This document shows positions 36,173-48,684 of a stretch of DNA of 64,000 nt, one piece after another. The notes beneath the pieces are model-generated. The model made no database searches, was not told the DNA's origin, and was given only the letters and a program-made list of their open reading frames with translations. Each line of letters begins with the position of its first letter. The first letter of the stretch is position 1. Where the stretch lies: contig NW_024704742.1 of the NCBI RefSeq assembly GCF_018977255.1, positions 136,154,001 through 136,218,000 of the forward strand. Reading direction: 5' to 3'. The stretch comes from Callorhinchus milii (taxonomy: Eukaryota). The translations under genes were made by a program, and so were the position numbers.

Positions 36173-38027
36173 TTTTAAAAAATGTGATAAACAAGCTTCC
36201 AAACAAAGACAACAACAACAACAAATTACATTTATATAGCGCCTTTCGCATCAGGAGGACGTCCCAAGGCATTGGACAGTCAGGGATCCGCAACCGGATT
36301 AAAGGAAAATTTGCAGTCTTAATTTGGAATCAGTTTTCCTCAGTTTCGCTTGGCTTGAAGCGGTGTTAAAAGAACCTTTAAGTCACTATGGTCTGCAGCT
36401 AAGACTCGGTGGAATTTCAGGCCTTTGAATCCTACTTCATTAAACAGCAGGGAGCTCCTGAAACCTGTCTTTTGTAGACAGTTTCTCAATTAACCTTACA
36501 GGCTGGTGTCAAACAGCAATTTTATTTGCTGTATCGCTAGTTGTTCCCATGAATAATAAACATACACTCAACTACCAACCTCAATCCATTCCCTAATTTG
36601 ATAATTGATTCATTACTGTCAGACCAGAATTCACTGTATAATAGCCAGGTGGTTTGGAGCGAGAGAATAATAATTCTTGCATTTATAGCACATTTATAAC
36701 AATAATAATCGTTACATTTGATATAGCATCTTATCACATCTTCGAGACATCTCAAAGCACTTCACAGAATATATAGTAAAGTGAATTGACTGTATTTTTT
36801 GTGGGTGAAATGCAGCAGCCAATTGCACACAGCAGTGTTTCACAAACAGCAGTGGATTTTTTTATTTTATTGTATTTTTCAAGGGATTATTTCCCCTGCA
36901 AAAGCAATCTGCCAATTGACTAACAACCGGGTTCCTACTTACTGCTAGGTAAACAGAGGCGTGTGGAGTAAGGAAACTTGCCTAAGGTTTGGCTCTACCC
37001 AGGAACGAACCAGGACCTCTTGCTTGCGAGGCGAGCGCTTGGTTTAAGGTCTCATCTGAAGGACGGCACCTCCAACAATGAATCACATCACCAGCACTGC
37101 ATTGGAGCGTCAGCTTACTCCACACGCCTAATAATAATCCCTCCAAAAAAAAATTAAAAAAAATAATAAATTGTTCATTTTCGATCCACGACTGTTTGTG
37201 GGACACTGCTGTGTGCAATTGGCTGCCGCGTTTCTCCCACAAATATACAGTCAATTCACTTTACAGTCTATTCTGTGAAGCGCTTTGAGATGTCTAGAAG
37301 ACATGAAAAGCACTATATCAAATGCAAGGATTAGTATTATTATTATTAGCTTAGACTATTTGATTCCAAATCACAATGGGGCTTCTGACTCAGAGGCACC
37401 AGGCGACACACCGTGCCATCGAGCAAATGCTTCATTAAGATGATTAGCAACTGATCTATATCCTAAACTCTGTGCCAATCTTCATCAAAACACGGCCTGA
37501 GTCTGGTCTCCATTCCCATTCCAGGTTCCTCCCCGTTGGACATACAACCATCACCCAGCGCAGCAATGACTGGTGAACATGGATGGTTGACAGCCGACCC
37601 AGTTCCTTGAGGGAAGCACAAATATTCCCGCCCAGAGCACGTGACTGCTTAAACTCTTCTTGGTGCCAGGCGACTGTGAGGAGAGCGACCCGCCCGCGGG
37701 GAGACCCGGGAAATCCCGGTCCACAGACCAAACAACTGAGGCTCAAACTTCAGCATGAAACTGGATGAGAATAATAAAAGAACGGAAAACTCTCCAGAAC
37801 ATAATGGAATAGAATAATAATAATAATCGTCACTATCTGGTACAGCTCCTTATCACTTCGTCAAAACCTCTCAAGAAAAATTACACGATTCCCCAATGAA
37901 GTGATTGCGTGCTTTGGGGGACAAAACATGGCAGCCAGTTTTGCGCACACACAGCAACCTCCCACAAGCAACCAATGTAGGGAGCGATCAACCAACCTAT
38001 CGCCTCAGCCACAGGGCGGCACCTCCA
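36173..38027 (+). repeat. Duplicated block A, copy 1 (copy 2 at 45212-47055)
   Basis: Near-identical sequence; identical ORF translations at 36537-36755 and 45577-45795. Confidence 0.97.
36700..37348. mobile_element. Divergent SINE cluster: long SINE (-) 36700-37037, Deu fragment (-) 37038-37112, headless short SINE (+) 37113-37348
   Basis: Family sequences recognisable in both orientations; repeated in block A copy 2. Confidence 0.8.
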
Positions 38028-39388
38028 CCACACCCACACCCACACACACACCCACCCACACACACACAACCACCCACACGCACCCACGCACCCCACACCA
38101 CACCCACCCCACACACAACCCACACACACCCACCCACCCAGAGCCACCACCCACCCCCTCCACACCCCCACAACACACACCCCACACCCCCCCACCCACA
38201 CACACACATCCCCCCACATACATACATCCCCCCCCATACACACCCTCACTCACACACCCTCACTCACACACACCCACCCCCACACACCCACCCCACAAAC
38301 ACACACACACCACACACATACACCTACCCCCACACACACACACACCCACACACACACCCATCCCCACACACAAACCCACCCCCAGATACACACCCACACA
38401 CACCAACCCACACACACACACCCCCACACACACACACATCCTCCCACACACACCCACCCTCACACACCCACACATCCCACAGACACCCAACCACCCACCC
38501 TCACACACACCCAAACACCCCACACACACCCACCTCACCCACCACCCTCAGACACACCCCACACCCACACACACACACACACCCACACACCCTCACACAC
38601 CCACACACCCTCACACTCACCCACCCACCCTCACACACACCCACTCACGCACACACACACACACACACACACCCACACACACTCACCCCCCTACACACAC
38701 ACCCAACCACCCACACACACCCACCCAGACCCACACACCCAGCCCCCTCCCACCCCCCCACCACACACACACCCCCTACACACACACCCTCCCACACACA
38801 CACACACACCCACACCCATCCCCACACACAAACCCACCCCCAGATACACACCCAACAACAACAACCCACACACACACACACCCACACACACACCCACACA
38901 CACACACCCACATCCTCCCACACACACCCACCCTCACACACCCACACATCCCACAGACACCCAACCACCCACCCTCACACACACCCACACACACCCACCT
39001 CACCCACCCACCCTCAGACACACCCCACACCCACACACACACACACACACACCCTCACACACCCACACACCCTCACACTCACCCACCCACCCTCACACAC
39101 ACCCACTCACGCACACACACACACACCCACACACACTCACCCCCCTACACACACACCCAACCACCCACACACACCCACCCACACGCACCCACGCACCCCC
39201 CCACACACACACCCACCCACACACACAGACCCTCCCACACACACACCCACCAACACACACACCCACACACACCCCCACCCACACACACCCACCTCCACAC
39301 ACACACCCCCCACCCCACACCCCCCCCCACATACACACACACACCCCATACACACCCACACACACCCCCCCCCCACACACACACACAG
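38028..39388 (+). repeat. Degenerate C/A low-complexity tract with an internal ~460 bp duplication
   Basis: Almost only C and A. Landmarks cccagatacac, catcccacagacac, cctcagacac and ccctacacac occur twice (about 38360-38720 and 38817-39170). Confidence 0.95.
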
Positions 39389-40348
39389 TCATGACATAGT
39401 GGGGTTGTTGGCCGGGACAGATGGCCGACTCGCTCATATAGACTGCTTTCGATGACCGTCTTAGAGCGCTCCGAGACACTGCCCTACCTGGAGGGCGTAA
39501 GCTGTTGTCCTGAATGGTGAGGTGCCCGGTTTACTGAAGCCGACCGCCTACCTTTTAACGTAGGCAACGAAAGAGACTATGGAAAAGTATCCGCCACCGT
39601 GAGGTGGTTGGATTACAGAGGTGACCGCAAACCGGGTCGCTCGTGTGTTTAGACTCCCAGGGGGTCGGTGGGAGTGAGCGCCATCGTTTTCCTGGTGGAT
39701 GTCCGGTGCAGACCTCTTCCGAAGCGTGGGATGGAGTGAGGAGGAACTTCCTGGAATCAGACATCATTACACTCGACTCATCTGCAAAGGAAAATAAAAT
39801 TAATTGCAAGAAAGAAAGAAAAAAAGGGTGGCTGGACCTTGTGAACGCCCTTTATTGTTCTGAAGTGCCTGCCCAGACTGCGAGCGCGCCCTCACACGTG
39901 TGAAGCATATGTTGAGCACGTTCAGTGAATGCCACAAATATTTCATGTGGTTTGGACCAATGGGTATGTGCCCAGCATGGTCAACAGGATGAGAAGAAGC
40001 ACGAGACCCTCTTGAGAGACATGACCGAGCTGTGTAGCTTTGTGAGGGCTGAGCCGCCGAGAGAGGATTAGGATATCGGTGGAGTTGAAGGTAACGGTAG
40101 TCTTAAATGTCGATGCCACCTTGGAAAAAGCAGTGGGTGGAATTGAAGGCATCATTCCATGTGCCGTTCAGAGGTGACAGGAAGCGGCCTGGAGTTGGAG
40201 GAGCGAAGGGCCGGCGGGGGAGTAGGTCACAGGAAATTGCGGAGGGTCAGGTTGGGGCATTTGGACACAAGAGCGAGGGCCCCTTGAGGGGAAGCCTTGA
40301 TAACAGTGAGCTGCTGTAGTGTGAAGATAACTCACGACCCTGCCATTA

Positions 40349-40675
40349 GTGGAGTCCTGTAGCTCAGTGGTTAGAGCACTCGCCTTGCAAGCGAGACACC
40401 TGGGTTCAATTCCAGGCAGAGGGCGAAACCTTGGGCAAGTTTCCTTACTCCACACGTCAAATAATAATCCTTCCAAAAAATAAAACAATAATAAATTGGT
40501 CATTTTCAATCCACGACTGTTTGTGGGACACTGCTGTGCGCAATTGGCTGCCGTGTTTTGCCCACAAATATACGGTCAATTCACTTTACAGCATATTCTG
40601 TGAAGCGCTTTGAGACGTCGAGAAGATGTAAAAAGCATTATATCAAATGCACGGATTATTATTATTATTATTATT
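40349..40675 (+). mobile_element. Young full-length SINE, short form, with tRNA-Ala(TGC)-like head
   Basis: A box TAGCTCAGTGG; anticodon arm ctcgc-cttgcaa-gcgag (40379-40395); B box GGTTCAATTCC; body; (ATT)n tail. Confidence 0.93.
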
Positions 40676-41658
40676 GGCTGACCCACTGGTCATTGTCCTC
40701 TGGTTCACACCTTCCCACTTTGCGTCACAGAAAATCGCTTCCATGCTCAATGTTTGACTCCTTGAATTGATGTGGGATTTGTCTCTCTTGTTGTTGTGTT
40801 CCTTGCTCGAGCTGCTGACACTTTGTGTTTCATTGCGATATATGGTAGCAGGGTAGGAATGAGGGATTTGGTTTGTAGGTTTATCTCACGAGGAATGCCC
40901 GTGACTGTTTACTGGGTGCCCATTGTTTCCATTGATTGGATATCCATTGGTCTGTTGGGATTGTAATGTCAGATGGGATTGTGGAGAAACAACAACAACT
41001 TGCATTTATATAGCGCCCTCTCACGCTTGACAGTGGTGGAGATGACGCCAAGCCACAGAGGGGTAGGTGACTGTAGTAACAGTCGAATAGGAAAGTCTTC
41101 AGGCGCGACCTGAAGATGAGAAAGGGAAGGGATAGAGGAAGAGTATTCCAGAGTTTCTGATATACAGAGGCGGTAGGGTGGGGGAGGGAGGAGAGAGGGG
41201 GGTATGGCCTTAGCATTATCAGAGACACCGTCATTCAGATAAGATGTAAAACCAAGTTTCTGTCTGCCTGTTCAGGTGGACCTTAAATCTCCCTCAGCAC
41301 TCTTCTAAAAGAGAGGGGCGGTTTCTCTTGTTAAAACTGAATTCAGTAAGTTACCAAATTTTGACAACTCTGAAATGGTTTGTTGACACAGTAAATCTAG
41401 ATTTTCTATCCGCTGGTGCTATAAAGTGCTCATATTAGTATGTTTCTGTGTATGTGTGACTGTTTTAAGTTATGTTCTCCCTCCTCTGCCCTGGATTTGA
41501 TGGCAAGTTAATATCTCAGTCTCAGGAATGGTGGTGTCAGCCTGGCTCAGTCAATAGTACTCTCGTCTGAGTCAGATTGTAGGTTCAAGATCAATGTCGG
41601 GACTTTGAACCTAGCAGCGGGTCCTTTATAGTTGTGGGGGGAGCACATGCGACATTAT

Positions 41659-44600
41659 GCCAGTTGGATGTGGACATGAACTGTTACTGAGACTGTTAAA
41701 GGAGAATTAGATAGGTGTGTGAAGAAGAGAAATGTTAAAAGTTCTGGGGATTGAGCAAGAGAAGCACTTATCTAAGGTTCAGAGACGATTTCTGTTCAGT
41801 GACACCTTACATTGACCAAGTTGCTTGCACGAATTGCAGCGTATTGATTGAGGTTTGATCTTTCGAGTTCTTTGCCCGTTGTTTCCCAGAATCTCTGTGA
41901 TTCATATATCAGGAGACTCGGGAGGGCAGCAGGTGATTAGTCTGAATGTGTGCTGTTTGTGTGAGCTCTTGAGACCATCCCAAACCAGCAACCGTTAATT
42001 AGGAGCAAAAGTGTAAAACCATCCCCAAAGCAGTTCCAGGATTCCAGTTAGAGGTTGGGGGTCATAGCCGTGAAGTCGGGAAGGGTGTAAGGTAAAATGT
42101 TCTTCCTTTTCTCAGTGGGGGGTGGAGGGAATGTTCTGTAAATTGTCTCCAGGTTCTCCTCACCCCCCACCCCACCCGGCAGCTCTGGATTCGCCCGGTT
42201 ATTTTACAACCGTTTTTGCTTCATAGCATTAGGAATCGTGTCAAAAGAAAAACTATAAAATAATGATCACTGCATCTGAGTGCTTTTGTGATAACTCTCT
42301 ATTCAGGGTTACATAATAATAATCGTTGCATGAATTAGAAAGGCTTTGCCATTTGGTTGAAACTCCCATTTCATGCATTATTTAGATTTTAAAACCTTGC
42401 CGTTTACACGGTGCCGATCACATCAGTGGCTCAAAATCCTTTGCAGTAATTAAGATGGAGTGGAGTGATTATATTTGAATTAAGTGATTATTTGAATCAT
42501 AACATTTTAATGTCTTTATGAGGCATGATTAACCCTAAATGGCTCTATTTTATGGTGCTGCCCTTTTTCCCTCCACTACACCAACCTATGTGTCCTGGGC
42601 AATGGTACCTCCCAAATCCCTCCTTGCGTAAAAGGCACAATCAAATATAAGGATTATTATATACGCAGTACTATAAGTACTATATAAGCAGTGCTGGATA
42701 TCTGTATCTTTGTAGCTGGGCTCACCCATTTCATTCTAGTCATTTACTTCATGGCTGTTTCTGGAACATTGCTGCGCACAAATTGGCTGCAATTCACGCC
42801 ACTTTATAGTAAATCCTGTGAAATGCTTTGAGACATCCTCCTTGTGTAAAATATGCTATATCAAGTATAAGTGTTAAATATGCAGTAATATGTAAGTGTT
42901 AATGTAACTGTATTGTAACTCTTTAAGGCCTGGCCCATTTCATTCTAAATTCAAGTTAAAACATGAAGTTTATTTAATTTGGCAAAGTTTCTCCAAAAAA
43001 GGCAGACCACAAATAAGTCAGTCTGTCATCCAGTTCTCTGCAAGTTTGATCCACGCAGCTTTCAAAGTGTGAACAGGTGGTGTAAGTGGCTTGCCTGGGC
43101 TGAAAGCCCATTGAAAGCTGTCATGTTCCTGGTTTGCCCTATAATTAGTTTTTTATTTAAAAAAACCTTCAAGCAGGCAGGAACCAAAGCCTAACACCCT
43201 CAGTCATTGAGAAATTTGCATGTCTTATTCTTTGATGTGGCCACGTCATTCCTTTTTTTAACATGTAACTTATGCCCTCACTGACGCCTCATAAAGTCTT
43301 TCAGTGCCAGAAAATGAAATAATACAGTAATTTGCACATACGGTGCCACTTCTATAGTGCCTTTCACATGAATTTCTTTAAACACCACCTAAATTCACTG
43401 GAGATCACCAAGGAGGGCGTTTGAGGATACTGACCAACAGCACAGTTAAAGAGCGATATTTTAGTAGGGTTTCAAGGCAGGGGCCAAAGCATTTGTGGGT
43501 AAGAGTTCAGGGAGGGGGAGATTTTGGTTGAGAGTTCTGGGTTAAGTGAGGAAAGAAAGACGACTTCTCCTGGAGATTGTGTGTTGGTGGTGGAACAGAG
43601 GATGTGAGGGATGAAGAGATTTGGAAGGGTCTGGTGCACTCTTTAGTATATATCATCAAGATCCAATGAAACAGTTCCCTCCCAAAACCTTTTCACACTT
43701 CCAAAGTCCAGCTGAATGTTACACATTTCAGGGTGATAATTTGCCCCCGCAAGGAGAGTTGGCACTTCTATTAGTTATAATAGCTGAACATCCAGTTGGC
43801 TCATTTGATTGAGCACTGGACTTTGAAACCATAAGTTTCTCCATTTGAGGTTGGTTATTTCATTGCCCTCAACAATTAGGTCATCCAGGGTGGGGAAGAG
43901 AAATTCAGCGGTTGAATCGGCTGAGAAGACTCGGATAGCAAAGGCGCAAATCCACAGGAAGTCCAAGGCATTATCGAGCAGTCTGTCTGCCTTATCTATG
44001 AGATTGCAGTGGCGGGGGAAATAGTTTGGGGGTTATGGCTGGATCATGCTTTATGCGGGTGATTTGGAAAGCTGAAATTGCGTAAGGAAGGGTTCTTTAG
44101 GAGTATGATGGCGTCCTGTAGTGTACTCGCCTCACAAGCAAGAGGCTCGGGTTCGTTCCGGTGGGTGAAACCTTAGGCATTTTCCTTACTCTACACGCCT
44201 CTTACCTAGCGGTAAGTAGGAACCTGTTGTTAGTCAATTGGCAGATTGCTTTTCCAGGGGAAATAATCCCTAAAAATACAAATATAATCCACTGCTTTTG
44301 TGAACACTGTTGTGTGCAATTGCTGCTGCTGCATCCCACAAAAATACAGTCATGACATGATGAGATGCTATATAAAATTGAAGGATTATTATTATTTGGT
44401 AACAGCATCTCCTGTTTAAGTTATTGTTGTTCCCCCAATAAGAGTCTTTAGCAGCATTTTGATTGAATTGCAGGACCTCGGTAATAAGAGCTTGATTATT
44501 TGATATAATGGAGAGGATTTGTTTCCCCCTGTGGATAAATGAAATTGACAGATTCTGAAGGATGTTCAGAATAATTCAGTATCTTCTTTAAACAAAACTA

Positions 44601-45186
44601 ACTAACTTAATGATCATATTCTAAGACACAGTACCTAATGAAATCTGAAGCAAAGGTTATAATAACTAAGTGCTAATATTTCAGTAATGATAAAAAATTG
44701 GCTTACAAGTGTCCACTGGGCTGGTTTTAATATGGAGTAAAAGAGTTGCATTCCATGCTCTGAGCCACTGAGGCCTACTCCAATCCAGCCTCAATCATTC
44801 TTGCTCTCACTTCTGGCTGTGATTTGTGGAGGTGGGGAGGCCGAGTCAAGAAAGTGGCGCTTATAGCCTAGATTTTTGCTCTATTAGATGCATCATTCCT
44901 TGTCTTTTTGCTGATGAGCCCCGAGCCAGCGGGCGGGCAGGGACCTCCGCGGGCGGAGTGGCCCTCATCTCCCAAGCTTCCCTTGGTCTATGCCCTATTC
45001 CTCTGGATGTTTCTCCTCCTTTGACCACCTCACCCTCTATCATCCCTCCACTTTCTCCCTCAAAATCCTGCTAGTTTACCGTCCCCCAAACCTCCTGGCT
45101 CCCTCCTCACCGATATCTCCTCTCTTTTGTCATTCCTGTCGCTCTTCACTGAACACCTGCTCATAATGGGTGATTTCAACCTCCAT
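41659..45186 (+). repeat. Duplicated block B, copy 1 (copy 2 at 51477-55038)
   Basis: Near-identical sequence; identical ORF translations at 42979/52798, 43621/53450 and 43775/53604. Confidence 0.97.
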
Positions 45187-45211
45187 NNNNNNNNNNNNNN
45201 NNNNNNNNNNN
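45187..45211. other. Assembly gap (25 N)
   Basis: Run of 25 n. Confidence 1.
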
Positions 45212-47055
45212 TTTTAAAAAATGTGATAAACAAGCTTCCAAACAAAGACACACAACAACAACAAATTACATTTATATAGCGCCTTTCGCATCAGGAGGAC
45301 GTCCCAAGGCATTGGACAGTCAGGGATCCGCAACCGGATTAAAGGGAAAATTTGCAGTCTTAATTTGGAATCAGTTTTCCTCAGTTTCGCTTGGCTTGAA
45401 GCGGTGTTAAAAGAACCTTTAAGTCACTATGGTCTGCAGCTAAGACTCGGTGGAATTTCAGGCCTTTGAATCCTACTTCATTAAACAGCGGGGAGCTCCT
45501 GAAACCTGTCTTTTGTAGACATTTCTCAATTAACCTTACAGGCTGGTGTCAAACAGCAATTTTATTTGCTGTATCGCTAGTTGTTCCCATGAATAATAAA
45601 CATACACTCAACTACCAACCTCAATCCATTCCCTAATTTGATAATTGATTCATTACTGTCAGACCAGAATTCACTGTATAATAGCCAGGTGGTTTGGAGC
45701 GAGAGAATAATAATTCTTGCATTTATAGCACATTTATAACAATAATAATCGTTACATTTGATATAGCATCTTATCACATCTTCGAGACATCTCAAAGCAC
45801 TTCACAGAATATATAGTAAAGTGAATTGACTGTATTTTTTGTGGGTGAAATGCAGCAGCCAATTGCACACAGCAGTGTTTCACAAACAGCAGTGGATTTT
45901 TTTATTTTATTGTATTTTTCAAGGGATTATTTCCCCTGGAAAAGCAATCTGCCAATTGACTAAAAACAGGGGTTCCTACTTACTGCTAGGTAAACAGAGG
46001 CATGTGGAGTAAGGAAACTTGCCTAAGGTTTGGCTCTACCCAGGAACGAACCAGGACCTCTTGCTTGCGAGGCGAGCGCTTGGTTTAAGGTCTCATCTGA
46101 AGGACGGCACCTCCAACAATGAATCACATCACCAGCACTGCATTGGAGCGTCAGCTTACTCCACACAGAGCCTAATAATAATCCCTCCAAAACAAAAAAT
46201 AATAATAAATTGGTCATTTTCATCACGACTGTTTGTGGGACATTGCTGTGCGCAATTGGCTGCCGCGTTCCCCACAAATATACAGTCAATTCACTTTACA
46301 GGTGTGTTCTGTGAAGCGCTTTGGAGTCCTCCGACTGAAAAGCGCTTATCAAATGCAAGGATTATTATTATTATTATTAGCTTAGACTATTTGATTCCAA
46401 ATCACAATGGGGCTTCTGACTCAGAGGCACCAGGCGACACACCGTGCCATCGAGCAAATGCTTCATTAAGATGATTAGCAACTGATCTATATCCTAAACT
46501 CTGTGCCAATCTTCATCAAAACACGGCCTGAGTCTGGTCTCCATTCCCATTCCAGGTTCCTCCCCGTTGGACATACAACCATCACCCAGCGCAGCAATGA
46601 CTGGTGAACATGGATGGTTGACAGCCGACCCAGTTCCTTGAGGGAAGCACAAATATTCCCGCCCAGAGCACGTGACTGCTTAAACTCTTCTTGGTGCCAG
46701 GCGACTGTGAGGAGAGCGACCCCCCGCGGGGAGACCGGGAAATCCCGGTCCACAGACCAAACAACTGAGGCTCAAACTTCAGCATGAAACTGGATGAGAA
46801 TAATAAAAGAACGGAAAACTCTCCAGAACATAATGGAATAGAATAATAATAATAATCGTCACTATCTGGTACAGCTCCTTATCACTTCGTCAAAACCTCT
46901 CAAGAAAAATTACACGATTCCCAATGAAGTGATTGCGTGCTTTGGGGGACAAAACATGGCAGCCAGTTTTGCGCACACACAGCAACTTCCCACAAGCAAC
47001 CAATGTAGGGAGCGATCAACCAACCTATCGCCTCAGCCACAGGGCGGCACCTCCA
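45212..47055 (+). repeat. Duplicated block A, copy 2
   Basis: Matches 36173-38027 up to cagggcggcacctcca. Confidence 0.97.
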
Positions 47056-47662
47056 ATCTATGTTTTTTTTCTAACCAGCCTCTCTTCCTTTAATTCCTTT
47101 TGTGATCAACTTACATTTGCGCCCCATTTGTGCCCAAGTGTTCCGAGACGCTACTCGCATGAAGGGCGCTACATAAATTTAAGTTGTTATTTCCAATAGG
47201 TTTACATAACTGGACGACAGCACATTACCAAAGACGCTGCGAGGTGGTAGTGGGGTGGCAAGGAAAAAGAAGCTGAACATTACAAACATTTCCAAAGTGA
47301 AACAGAACCCTGTTCATCCTATCGAATCTCCTTTGAACACCTCTATTGAATCTCACCTTAATCTTCTCTGGTCTAAGGAGAATATTCCTAGCTTCTCTAG
47401 CCTACCCTCATAACGAAGTCCCTTATTCTAGGTGCCATCCTGGTAATCTCCTTTGCACTCTGTCGAAGGCCTTGACGTCCTAAAATGTGGTGCCCACAAC
47501 TGAACACAGCTGAGGCCTAACCAGTGTTTTATAAAGATTCATCATAACCTCCTTACTTGTGTATTCTATGCACCTATTCATAAAGCAGAGTCTCCCATAT
47601 GTTTTTTTTAATTTTTTTTAACAGCTTTATCTACCTGTCCCCTTCACAATTTGCTAAACGCC

Positions 47663-47862
47663 AAATTACTGCAGATGCTGGAAATCTGAAACAAAAACAG
47701 AAGTCGCTGGGAACACTCAGCAGGTCAGGCACGATCTACGGAGAAAGGAAAGTGAGTCAACGTTTCGGGTCCATGACCCTTCAGCAGAACGATGAAGGGT
47801 CGACAAACCATAGATGCTTCCTAACCGCTGAGTGTTCCCAGTGACTTCTGTTTTTGTTTCAA
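47663..47862. mobile_element. Palindromic (inverted pair) Penelope-like terminal-repeat relic with hammerhead-like core
   Basis: Left arm tgaaacaaaaacagaagtcgctgggaacactcagc pairs with right arm gctgagtgttcccagtgacttctgtttttgtttca. Minus-strand core CTGCTGA-A-GGGTC-atg-GACCC-GAAACGTT at 47759-47787. Confidence 0.7.
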
Positions 47863-48362
47863 AGATCTGCTTATGTGGACCCCCAATCTCTATGTTCCTG
47901 CCCCCCTATCTTATATTGCCTCTCCTCATTCTTCCTCCCAAAAGGCATCACTTCACATTTCTCCACATTAAATTTCATCTGCGACGTGTCTGCCCATTTC
48001 ACCCGTCTGTCTGTCTCCCGAGGTGAAATACTATATAAACGTAATTTTGTTGTTGTCTATGTCCTCTTGCAGTCTGCTACTATACTCCTAACCGTTTACT
48101 ACTTTGCCTCGCTTAGTTGATGTATCATCTGCAAACTTTGAAATTGTACTCTCTATACCAAAGCCCAGGTCATTTGTGTAGATTAAAAAGAGCAGCGGTC
48201 CCAATACCAACCCCTAGTGGGACCACTGCACACTTCTCTCCAGTCTGAGGAAACAACTGTTTAACCACTATTCTCTGCTTTCTGTCCCCCAGTAAGATTT
48301 GTATCCATGCTGCCACTGTCCGTTTAATACTGTGGGCTTCAATTTTTCTAACAAATCTATTT

Positions 48363-48684
48363 GTGGAGTCCTGTAGTTCAGTGGTTAGAGCACTCGCTTT
48401 GCAAGTGAGAGACCCGAGTTCAATTCCAGACAGAGCAAAACCTTGGGCAAGTTTCCTTACTCCACACAGAGCCTAATAATAATCCCTCCAAAACAAAAAA
48501 TAATAATAAATTGGTCATTTTCAATCTACGACTGTTTGTGGGACATTGCTGTGCGCAATTGGCTGCCGCGTTCGCCCACAAATATACAGTCAATTCACTT
48601 TACAGTGTGTGTTCTGTGAAGCGCTTTGGGACGTCCTCCCGACGTGAAAAGCGCTCTATCAAATGCAAGGATTATTATTATTAG
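48363..48684 (+). mobile_element. Young full-length tRNA-derived SINE, short form, inserted in the CR1
   Basis: Complete head and tail; CR1 sequence resumes on both sides. Confidence 0.92.

Noticed and set aside
37881..39479. ~500-aa His/Thr/Pro and Val/Cys/Gly ORFs
   Set aside because: Translations of the C/A low-complexity tract in all frames.
40349..40420. tRNA-Ala(TGC) gene
   Set aside because: Good A/B boxes and anticodon arm, but no acceptor-stem pairing, and it continues into a SINE body repeated many times.
43775..44095. ~105-codon stop-free minus-strand frame (also at about 53604-53925)
   Set aside because: No recognisable domain, start context or splice signals. Its recurrence is due to the block B duplication.
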